DNA of 52,649 nt from a virus (lineage: Duplodnaviria; Caudoviricetes), in the IMG/VR virus record IMGVR_UViG_3300025096_000028, positions 1-52,649 of that record. One strand, written 5' to 3'. The notes under the pieces are model-generated. The model was not told where the DNA came from. It ran no database searches and worked only from the letters and a program-made list of their open reading frames with translations. The first letter of the stretch is position 1; the number at the start of each line of letters is the position of its first letter. This document shows, one piece after another, positions 44,847-52,649 of the stretch. A program made the translations under genes and the position numbers.

Positions 44847-46394
44847 ATGGCAGATACAAGTTATCCAGCAGATACGCCGTTGGCAATTGCTACCTCTACA
44901 GGCTTAAGTGAAGGTTATGCTGCTTCTCAGGGAAGTTCCCTGAGTACAGGTGATTTACGTAGACGATATGACTTTTCTGAAAGATTTTCGGAGTTAGCTT
45001 TAAGCCAAACTCCATTCTTCAGACTTGTTTCAATGTTAGCGAAGAAACCTACAGATGACCCATCATTTAAGTTTACAGAGAAGAGACAATCTTGGTTAAA
45101 ACGTTATGCTTACGTAGTTGGTTACAGACATAGTTCTACAGATGTGCACAATAATGCAGAACTGAAAGAATCAGATAATTCAGCTTTATCACTTGCTGGT
45201 GAAGTTAAATTATACATGGCAACTGACTACTTTAGCGCAGGTAATATCCAAAATGTCCAAGGTCAATCAAATGGCGCAATTAAAGTAGGAGACGCAGGAA
45301 CCGCTCCTGAGTTCTTACAAGTTAATCAAGTACTAAAAGTACCTATGAGTTCAACAGCTGGCGGTGGTGCAGCAACTGACTATATGTTAGTTCGCATTAC
45401 TGCAGTAGCAGCTCAAGGTGCATCAAACCTTAGTGCAAATAGCGGAACAGGTTCAGCAACTGCTGAAACTAAGTTAATCACAGGTAAGATTCTTAGAGTT
45501 CCAGCAGCGACTCATGTAGAATCAGCTTCCTATGCAAGCGATGTAGCACAATGTGTTAGTTACAGTGCAGATATTGCAGAAACTCTTGAAGAAAGACGTT
45601 CTTACGTAGTAGGTAACTCTTTCGGAGAAGGTTCTTCATTATTAGGAAAAACCTGGAAAGATAATCCATACTCAACTGGTTATGGACAAACACAAATCTT
45701 CAGAACTGAGTTCGGAATGACTAATACAGCAAGAGCAACAGCTCTTAAGTATGAACCAAACGAATGGGCTCGTGTTTGGAAAGATAAGTTAATCGAACAC
45801 AAATGGGATATTGAACAAGCAGGGCTTTTCTCATCTCAAGTGACCGATTCAAGTGTTAACCATACCCAAGGTGCTGTGGATTATGTCTTGAATTATGGTA
45901 ATATCTTCTCATGGAGTTCATCTAAGAACATTGATGACTTCTTGCAAGATATGTCAAAATACCAAGACCCACGATACAACCAAGACAAAGCAACAGTATT
46001 CTTATGTAGTACTGAAGTCTTTACTTGGCTACACAAACTAGGTGGATTCTTTAAACAAAACATCGATATTGATGACCAGTTTAGAGCAGACCTAGCAATT
46101 ACTGGTCGTAAGAAAGTAATGGGATTAGATGTAACAACTATTTCAACAGTATACGGAGACATTAATGTTTCTAGATGTATTGCTTTGGATGGTTCACACG
46201 TGAAAATCCTTGCGCTTAACATGAATAATGTTAAATACAGACCATTAGTTGGTAATGGTGTGAATCGTGATACTTCAATCTATGTCGGAGTTCAGACTTT
46301 AGAAAACTCAGGTATTGACAAGAGAGTAGATATGATTCTAACTGAGGCTGGCTTCGAATTTATGATGCCAGAATCACACGCTATTTGGAAATAA
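44847..46394 (+). CDS. Major capsid protein
   Basis: Position; TPFF...FKFTE, TQIFRTEF.MTNTA, EHKWDIEQA and MILTEAGFE HK97-fold-like motifs; high-expression codon bias. Confidence 0.85.
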   Translation: MADTSYPADTPLAIATSTGLSEGYAASQGSSLSTGDLRRRYDFSERFSELALSQTPFFRLVSMLAKKPTDDPSFKFTEKRQSWLKRYAYVVGYRHSSTDVHNNAELKESDNSALSLAGEVKLYMATDYFSAGNIQNVQGQSNGAIKVGDAGTAPEFLQVNQVLKVPMSSTAGGGAATDYMLVRITAVAAQGASNLSANSGTGSATAETKLITGKILRVPAATHVESASYASDVAQCVSYSADIAETLEERRSYVVGNSFGEGSSLLGKTWKDNPYSTGYGQTQIFRTEFGMTNTARATALKYEPNEWARVWKDKLIEHKWDIEQAGLFSSQVTDSSVNHTQGAVDYVLNYGNIFSWSSSKNIDDFLQDMSKYQDPRYNQDKATVFLCSTEVFTWLHKLGGFFKQNIDIDDQFRADLAITGRKKVMGLDVTTISTVYGDINVSRCIALDGSHVKILALNMNNVKYRPLVGNGVNRDTSIYVGVQTLENSGIDKRVDMILTEAGFEFMMPESHAIWK

Positions 46395-46404
46395 TAGCTA
46401 AATT

Positions 46405-46462
46405 ACAGATGTTGGTCCTTGTAGGTTCTTTACCTCCTTTCTCCCTATGGGGACCTATCTGT
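46405..46462 (+). ncRNA. Hairpin with anti-Shine-Dalgarno loop
   Basis: 12-bp stem GGUCCUUGUAGG/CCUAUGGGGACC (3 G-U) plus ACAGAU/AUCUGU; 18-nt loop containing ACCUCCUUUCU. Confidence 0.7.
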
Positions 46463-46476
46463 TAAGAGGAAATGAT

Positions 46477-47358
46477 ATGAAATTATGGGAAAAAGTAAAT
46501 AATATAACTGGAAATGCTTCCAAAGCTAGATTTCTTGTAGAAAATCTAAATGCAGGTGCTAAGTTTATTGTATCTAGTTTACCTGAAAGATTTTTATGGA
46601 CTGTTGCTTCTGAAGTAGAAATAAATGGATTTGATAGTGCTGGAGCAAGTATTATTGGAAATGGTTCTGATTTGGCATATGATAAGATATTAGCAGTTTA
46701 TCGTAATGATGGCACTAAAAAAAGAGTATGTCAAGAAATACCTGAAATTGCTATACATATGACAGATGAACCTAGTAGTTTGTCGTTTCCAACAAAAATG
46801 TTTCCTAAATATTATAAATTAAGTGGTAAAATATATATTAAACCAGACCCTGATTATAATGCACACGTGGGGAGTGGCAATTCGTATCAACATGCATATA
46901 CGAATCCAATCGGAACTACTGTCACAGTAGATTCAGAAGAAGGAGATAAAGGAGTTATTGTTTATTCAGCTCCCCCAGTAATTGATGAAAATACCGATTC
47001 ATGGGTATTAACAGAATATGAAAATGTAGCATTATTTTATGCAGCATCATTAGATATGTTAAGATTGTCTAATTCATTAGATGCTGAAAAGATTTTAGAA
47101 GGAGGTATGGCTTCAGTTGATGCTACAAGCAAAACAAGTTTATCTGCTATTCACTGGTTAGAAGATGAAGACCCTGAAATGGCAGCAGCAGTTTTACAAG
47201 CTTCTCAAGGAAATTTAAGTCTTGCAAATCAACGATTACAAGCAGCAATGGCTTTTTATCAAAGAGCAATATCAGAATTGCAAGCAATATCAGGAGCTAT
47301 TGGAGCTCCACAAGAAAAACAACAAGCTCAAAGACAGCAAGAAGGAGCAGCAACATAA
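46477..47358 (+). CDS. Head-tail adaptor/connector-like protein
   Basis: Start revised to ATG 46477 (GAGGA SD); PKYYKLSGKIYIKPDP...ALFYAA pattern; follows the capsid gene. Confidence 0.6.
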   Translation: MKLWEKVNNITGNASKARFLVENLNAGAKFIVSSLPERFLWTVASEVEINGFDSAGASIIGNGSDLAYDKILAVYRNDGTKKRVCQEIPEIAIHMTDEPSSLSFPTKMFPKYYKLSGKIYIKPDPDYNAHVGSGNSYQHAYTNPIGTTVTVDSEEGDKGVIVYSAPPVIDENTDSWVLTEYENVALFYAASLDMLRLSNSLDAEKILEGGMASVDATSKTSLSAIHWLEDEDPEMAAAVLQASQGNLSLANQRLQAAMAFYQRAISELQAISGAIGAPQEKQQAQRQQEGAAT

Positions 47359-47636
47359 TGAAAATTTTAGAAATAATGGAAAGAGCAAATTCTAGAGACA
47401 CTAATTTGGTTATAGCATATATTAAAGATGCATTTCATCAAATACAATCTTCTAATGAAATTAATACAGAAGTAAATAAACAAAATATTGTAGCTGATAC
47501 AAGAGATTATGATTTACCAGCGGGATTAATTGCTATTAAGAGTGTAAGTGTTTTAGATACAGAAGATGATAATAAATATAAAGCAATTAGAAGATTGCAA
47601 AACGAACCATTAGTAACAGAGGACACAAATCCATGA
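47358..47636 (+). CDS. Adaptor-like protein, N-terminal half
   Basis: Two helices followed by NIVADTRDYDLPAGLIAIKSV. Confidence 0.55.
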   Translation: MKILEIMERANSRDTNLVIAYIKDAFHQIQSSNEINTEVNKQNIVADTRDYDLPAGLIAIKSVSVLDTEDDNKYKAIRRLQNEPLVTEDTNP

Positions 47637-48094
47637 GTTATGACACAAATAGAAATTATGCTTATATACAACATGGAAAGCAATTACGATTATATAAAAT
47701 TGTAAGAAGTTCTGGAAGAATTATAGATACTCAAGGTAGAGTTACAGGAGGAACTTTGGATGATATTATTTATCCCGATGAAGCAATTACTAATGGATTA
47801 AGAATTGAATATACTTCAATTGAAAAACCTTTTGTAGATGAAGACCCTGAAACTACAGCAAATACTAGTTTAACCGAACAAACTTCTCCATCAGAATCAA
47901 CTCATTTAAATTTAAATAGAATGTTGTCTATGGCAGTAGTATGTTATGTTAAAGCTCAGTTAGCTGAAAGAATAGGAGATATTAAAGCAAAAGAATATTA
48001 TATTCGAGAATTTCATAAAAAAGTAGCAGATAATGAAAGTAATAAAAATAAAGTGTTTATCGCAGGAACGATAGGTACTTTTGCAATTAAATAA
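47633..48094 (+). CDS. Adaptor-like protein, C-terminal half
   Basis: LRIEY...AVVCYVKAQL...EYYIREF. Confidence 0.55.
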   Translation: MSYDTNRNYAYIQHGKQLRLYKIVRSSGRIIDTQGRVTGGTLDDIIYPDEAITNGLRIEYTSIEKPFVDEDPETTANTSLTEQTSPSESTHLNLNRMLSMAVVCYVKAQLAERIGDIKAKEYYIREFHKKVADNESNKNKVFIAGTIGTFAIK

Positions 48095-48106
48095 TAGGAG
48101 AAAACC

Positions 48107-48343
48107 ATGGCTAAAGGATTATTAGATTACACAGCACAAGAAAGTGTAGCTCCATATATCAAGGCAGTAGTTGCAACAACTAATGACCAAGATGCATGTA
48201 GAGCAGTATACGTTAAAGTGGCAGGAAATTATGACTTAACTGTAAATGGAGCAGATATAACATTTACAGGATTGTTAGCAGGACATATATATCCAGTTTG
48301 TGCAACAAAATCAAGTTCAGCAAACGTAGTATTTTTATATTAG
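48107..48343 (+). CDS. Small virion protein resembling GTA head-spike base proteins
   Basis: CRAVYVKVAGN...ITFTGLLAGHIYPV; AGGAG SD. Confidence 0.55.
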   Translation: MAKGLLDYTAQESVAPYIKAVVATTNDQDACRAVYVKVAGNYDLTVNGADITFTGLLAGHIYPVCATKSSSANVVFLY

Positions 48344-48352
48344 GAGAGATAA

Positions 48353-48799
48353 ATGATTTCATCAAACCAATATCAAGATATAGAAATACAACAAAATGCA
48401 GATTTTACTAATGTAATAACATTGGATAGTTCGCATACTATGACTAGTAATCATAAATATGCAGCTGTTATTGTAACAGATTATGCACATAGTGCATTTA
48501 CAGGACCAGGTAAAAGTCAAGGTACTGATGGTACCGCAGCTTCTAATGATGCTTGGGCTTCAGGTAGTCAAAACGAAGTACACTTTGATGTAGTTGCTGA
48601 TAGAAGTGCTGGTACAATAACTCTTACATTACCAGCTGAAGCTATACAACATTTTGATGATGATTTTGAAGGACATTGGGATTTAGTAGAAAAAGATGAC
48701 CAAGCAGCAGATGCTTGGGTAAGGCACATACAAGGCGATGTTATAATTGCTAAAGGTGCAACTAAGTTAACACATACATTTACGGCATCGGTAGCATAA
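48353..48799 (+). CDS. Fibre-attachment/baseplate-like beta protein
   Basis: IEIQQNADF...GTITLTL...WDLVE...IQGDVII pattern. Confidence 0.55.
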   Translation: MISSNQYQDIEIQQNADFTNVITLDSSHTMTSNHKYAAVIVTDYAHSAFTGPGKSQGTDGTAASNDAWASGSQNEVHFDVVADRSAGTITLTLPAEAIQHFDDDFEGHWDLVEKDDQAADAWVRHIQGDVIIAKGATKLTHTFTASVA

Positions 48800-49632
48800 T
48801 GGCTATTTCTGCAAAAGTATCTACAAATCCAGTAGTAAAAGCTACAGTACAAAATACTAGTGTTTCAAAAACTGTTGGTGTACAAAATTCAAGTAAAACA
48901 CAAGATAGTTTTAGTATTGATGCTTCACAAATATCTGTTAGTTTAGATAATAGTACAGCAACAAATGTAAGAGATGCATTAAATAATACAGCAGTAGCTG
49001 GTGCTACTCAAACATTTACGAACAAAACAATTAATGCTGATAATAATACTATTAGCAATTTAGAAGTAGATAATTTAAAAGGAGCAACACTAGTTGTTGA
49101 ATCTGAAGGTATTGGTTCAAATGATAATGATACAACATTACCAACTTCAGCAGCTGTAAAAGATTATGTAGATACTCAAGTCACAGCACAAGATTTAGAT
49201 TTTCAAGGAGATAGTGGAGGAGCATTAAATATAGATTTAGATAGCGAAGCATTAGATATAGCAGGAGGTACTGGAATAGATACAGTTGGTTCAGCCAATA
49301 CAGTTACGGTAGCTATAGATAGTAGTGTAACAACTTTAACAGGTTCACAATCGCTAACAAATAAAACTTTAACAAGTCCAGTATTGAACACTGGGGTTAG
49401 TGGTAGTGCAGTATTAGATTCCGATACAATGTCTGGAGTTAGCCCTACTAAATTAGCAAGTTCAGAAAGTATTAAAGCGTATGTAGATACTACTGCAACA
49501 GGAATAGATACGCTTGATGAAATGAGTGATACAAATTTAACAAGTCCAACCAATGGAGCATTATTAAGATATGATGATGCTAGTTCCAAATGGATTGACG
49601 ATAACGATATAAATGGTGGAACATTTGTATAA
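48799..49632 (+). CDS. Tail fibre-like protein
   Basis: Thr/Ser/Asp-rich; two QTxTNKT and two xKxYVD repeats; ends INGGTF. Confidence 0.7.
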   Translation: MAISAKVSTNPVVKATVQNTSVSKTVGVQNSSKTQDSFSIDASQISVSLDNSTATNVRDALNNTAVAGATQTFTNKTINADNNTISNLEVDNLKGATLVVESEGIGSNDNDTTLPTSAAVKDYVDTQVTAQDLDFQGDSGGALNIDLDSEALDIAGGTGIDTVGSANTVTVAIDSSVTTLTGSQSLTNKTLTSPVLNTGVSGSAVLDSDTMSGVSPTKLASSESIKAYVDTTATGIDTLDEMSDTNLTSPTNGALLRYDDASSKWIDDNDINGGTFV

Positions 49633-49646
49633 ACAAGAGGTGAAAT

Positions 49647-51158
49647 ATGAGTAACAGAATAAAATTAAAAAGAAATAGTCCAACTGATTTTGATGCAACT
49701 ACTTTGCCATCATCATTACACTATGGAGAATTAGGATTTCAAAATGTAGATGCACAGTTATTTATAGGAAGATGTACAGCTGATGACCAAGCTGCTGCTA
49801 GTGCAGTAACTACTCACTTGCCATTATTGTCTGATTTAACTATTGCTTCAAATGGAGGGATAGAGTCTACTATTGCAAGTGGAGCTACAGATAATAGTGT
49901 AAGTTTAAAGTTAGATGTAAATGATTTAACTTCAGCGATTATTACAAGTGGAGACTTTATTGCATTTTCGGATGAAGACCAATCAGGTGACCCTACAAGG
50001 AAAGAAAGTATAGATGATATAGCATCTTTGTTTGCAGGAGCAGGTATGACAGCTACAAGTGCTGTTATGAATGTTATTGGTGGAACTGGAATTACAGCAA
50101 ATGCTAATGATATTGCAGTTAGTGCAGCACAAACAAGTATTACTAGTATAATAAATGCTAGTTTTACATCAATAGGTATAGCTGCTGATGAAGAATGTAT
50201 TGATTTTGGTACACCAGGTGAAGTAAGAATTAAAGCTAATAATTTATCTTTCATTAAAGCTATAGATGATAGTCAAGATTTAGTAGAAATTGGACCTGGA
50301 AGTACTGATATAGATTTTAAAGTATATGATGATGCTGGTTCATCAGCATTTGAAGTAATTGCTGATGGAGGAGCAGTAAATGTAGCTGGAGCTTTAACAG
50401 CAGGTTCTATGTCTATAGGAACATTGGATGCGACAACAGCATTAAGAACTCCTGCTATTCAATTCACAGATGGAGATGCTGCAATAGCAATTGCAAATGG
50501 TGGAGCAATGACGTTTGCAAAAGGATTTTCTGTAACAACAGGAGCTTCTTCATTTAACGATAATGTAGCAATAAAAGCTGCTGGAGGAACTATACTTCAA
50601 TTAAATACTTCAGAAGCCACAGTTGTAGACAATGATGTTATAGGTAGAATTAATTTCTCATCACCAGATGAAGGTTCAGGTACTGACGCAGTAGCTTTAT
50701 CAGCTTCTATTGTAGCTGCAGCAGCAGACGTATTTACAGCAAGTGTAAATAAAACTGACTTAATATTTTATACTGGTAATAGTGGAATTGCAACAGAAGC
50801 AATGAAAATTGGATGGGATAATAAAGTTCATATTCAAGGAGATTTGCAAGTAGATGGTACTACAACTACAGTTAATTCAACTACAGTAACTATTGATGAC
50901 CCAATCTTTACATTAGGTGGAGATAGTACTCCAGGTTCTGATGATAACAAAGATAGAGGTATTGAGTTTAAATACCATACTGGAAGTGCAGCAAAAGTAG
51001 GATTCATGGGTATGGATGATTCAGATTACAAATTTAAATTTATTCCAGACGCTACTAATTCAAGTGAAGTCTTTAGTGGTAGTGTAGGTAGTGCTGAGTT
51101 TCTTGATGTAGAAGCAGCTACTATTACAGCTGCTACTATAGATTGTGGTACATTTTAA
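49647..51158 (+). CDS. Tail fibre protein
   Basis: N-terminal IKLKR...LHYGELG; LQVDGTTTTVNSTTVTIDDP; ends IDCGTF. Confidence 0.75.
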   Translation: MSNRIKLKRNSPTDFDATTLPSSLHYGELGFQNVDAQLFIGRCTADDQAAASAVTTHLPLLSDLTIASNGGIESTIASGATDNSVSLKLDVNDLTSAIITSGDFIAFSDEDQSGDPTRKESIDDIASLFAGAGMTATSAVMNVIGGTGITANANDIAVSAAQTSITSIINASFTSIGIAADEECIDFGTPGEVRIKANNLSFIKAIDDSQDLVEIGPGSTDIDFKVYDDAGSSAFEVIADGGAVNVAGALTAGSMSIGTLDATTALRTPAIQFTDGDAAIAIANGGAMTFAKGFSVTTGASSFNDNVAIKAAGGTILQLNTSEATVVDNDVIGRINFSSPDEGSGTDAVALSASIVAAAADVFTASVNKTDLIFYTGNSGIATEAMKIGWDNKVHIQGDLQVDGTTTTVNSTTVTIDDPIFTLGGDSTPGSDDNKDRGIEFKYHTGSAAKVGFMGMDDSDYKFKFIPDATNSSEVFSGSVGSAEFLDVEAATITAATIDCGTF

Positions 51159-51170
51159 TTAAGGAGATAA

Positions 51171-52649
51171 ATGTCAAATACGATTAAAATCAAAAGAGGT
51201 GCTGACCTCTCAAATGCTGGTACCCCAGCTGCAGGTGAGTTAGTTTATAAAACTGGAACCAATGAACTTTTTGTTGGTGATGGTTCTACTGCAGCTAGTA
51301 GTTTAACAGCAGTCGGAGGTAGTGCTACTAGTGTTACACTAGGCGGGCATACAATGAATGATGTTGACATTGGCTCAGAATTTAATGATGTTGACGACCA
51401 TTTAATGACATCGGGTGCAATCAAAGAAAAGATTGAAGCTTATGGTTATACTACGACAGGAACAATTACTGCACTTAACAATGCTACTGCAAATGAATTA
51501 GTAACAGTAGGTTCTACTACAACAGAATTAGATGCAGAATCCAATCTTACTTTTGATGGAACTACTTTACAAGTCAATAACAGAATACATATGGATGGAG
51601 CATCTCCATTTTTAAGAATCCAAGAAAGTGATGTGACAAATACACCAGAATGGTGGGTTGGTGCAGATGGTGGAAACTTTAGTATTAGATTAAATAATTC
51701 TGGAACCTATCCATTATCTATTAATACTGATGGAGATAATGATGCAGTTAGTTCTATGACTTTAGGTTATGCTACCAATATTACTGGAACATTAGAAATA
51801 AATAATAGGATAACATCTACTGCTACTGGTGGATTTACAATAGGTAATTATGCTGGATATGCAAGAATACAAGAGGGAAGTAATGAATTTTCATTTTTAA
51901 CTACAGGTAATGCATACGCAAATATATATACTAATGATATTATTGCAAATGGAAAAATAATTCACTATGGCGATACTAATACATATATGCAGTTTTCAGC
52001 AGCAGATACATGGAAAGTATATGCTGGTGGTCAGAATCCTTTGACAGCTATAGCAAATAGAGTTTATATAAACGCAAGTGGGGCTAATGGATTACTTATT
52101 AATAATGATGAGGGCAATTCTGATAATAGTGCAAGAATATTTTTTGAGGGAACAAGCACAAGTGCAATATTCCAAGAGGGTAATGATTTAAGTTTCAGAA
52201 GTGGTGCAACAACTGGAAGTTCAAGTGGAACTGAACGAATGAAGATAGACAATAATGGAGATATAACTATTGGTGGTGGTAGTCTATATTTACCAGTTGC
52301 AGAAAAACTTTATTTTGGTGGTGGTGCACACACTTATATCGGAGAAGATATTGATGATAGATTAAGATTCTTTACTGGTGGTGCAGAGTTTATGCGATTT
52401 ACTGAAGATACTAGTAATAGTTTTAGCATTTATGAAGATGTCTATATTCCAGATGATAAAAAAATACACATTGGGAGTGGAAATGATTTAAAAATATATC
52501 ACGACCAATCTAATACTTGGATTCAACAAGCAGGAACTGGAAATTTAATTAATTATGTTTCTACACAAGATGCAGATTGGTATGTAAAAGTAAATGATGG
52601 TGGTGTAGCAACAAATGCTATTCATATAGATGCAAGTGAAGTTGGGCGA
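51171..52649 (+). CDS. Tail fibre protein, partial (runs off the window; not in ORF track)
   Basis: AAGGAG SD; MSNTIKIKRG...AAGELVYKTGTNELFVGDG; reads open to the window end. Confidence 0.8.
   Translation, partial: MSNTIKIKRGADLSNAGTPAAGELVYKTGTNELFVGDGSTAASSLTAVGGSATSVTLGGHTMNDVDIGSEFNDVDDHLMTSGAIKEKIEAYGYTTTGTITALNNATANELVTVGSTTTELDAESNLTFDGTTLQVNNRIHMDGASPFLRIQESDVTNTPEWWVGADGGNFSIRLNNSGTYPLSINTDGDNDAVSSMTLGYATNITGTLEINNRITSTATGGFTIGNYAGYARIQEGSNEFSFLTTGNAYANIYTNDIIANGKIIHYGDTNTYMQFSAADTWKVYAGGQNPLTAIANRVYINASGANGLLINNDEGNSDNSARIFFEGTSTSAIFQEGNDLSFRSGATTGSSSGTERMKIDNNGDITIGGGSLYLPVAEKLYFGGGAHTYIGEDIDDRLRFFTGGAEFMRFTEDTSNSFSIYEDVYIPDDKKIHIGSGNDLKIYHDQSNTWIQQAGTGNLINYVSTQDADWYVKVNDGGVATNAIHIDASEVGR

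Noticed and set aside
597-52252. Many short opposite-strand ORFs in the track (e.g. 597-800, 6533-6874, 10661-10960, 19227-19625, 25744-26133, 29482-29898, 49814-50254)
   Set aside because: They lie antisense within well-supported genes, lack SD sites and have shadow-frame composition
48799-52649. Diversity-generating retroelement or invertible tail-fibre cassette
   Set aside because: No reverse transcriptase, invertase or template/variable repeat pair in the window; the region beyond the right edge cannot be assessed

Overview
The window is most of an AT-rich (about 30% GC) tailed-phage genome of podovirus-like architecture, cut inside the late region at both ends. The + strand late arm (36.5-52.6 kb, continuing at 1-21.6 kb) carries terminase, lysis genes, a P22-like portal, scaffold, major capsid protein, adaptors, tail fibres, an envelope-protein cassette, nozzle-like proteins and five ejection/cargo proteins. 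The - strand early arm (21.6-36.3 kb) carries RuvC-like, DnaB, Dam-family MTase, DUF932, SSB-like, Sak, PD-(D/E)XK nuclease and many small ORFs. No DNA polymerase, primase, integrase, tRNA or CRISPR array was seen. Shine-Dalgarno use and an outer-membrane beta-barrel gene suggest a Gram-negative host outside Bacteroidota (inference). Main observations: (1) the 3253-aa protein contains both double-psi barrel motif sets of a single-chain two-barrel RNA polymerase (DMDGD loop), probably virion-packaged; (2) the five cargo proteins hold only two cysteines in 5326 aa, at the adjoining ends of the two largest proteins; (3) early intergenic regions are filled with stem-closed RNA cassettes whose G-U wobbles consistently fit the transcribed - strand, with stems reused around different inserts; (4) a hairpin after the capsid gene displays an anti-Shine-Dalgarno loop; (5) a phased DnaA-box cluster lies near the strand switch; (6) GATC appears to be avoided. 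All calls come from reading the sequence by eye, with no database searches or folding runs.
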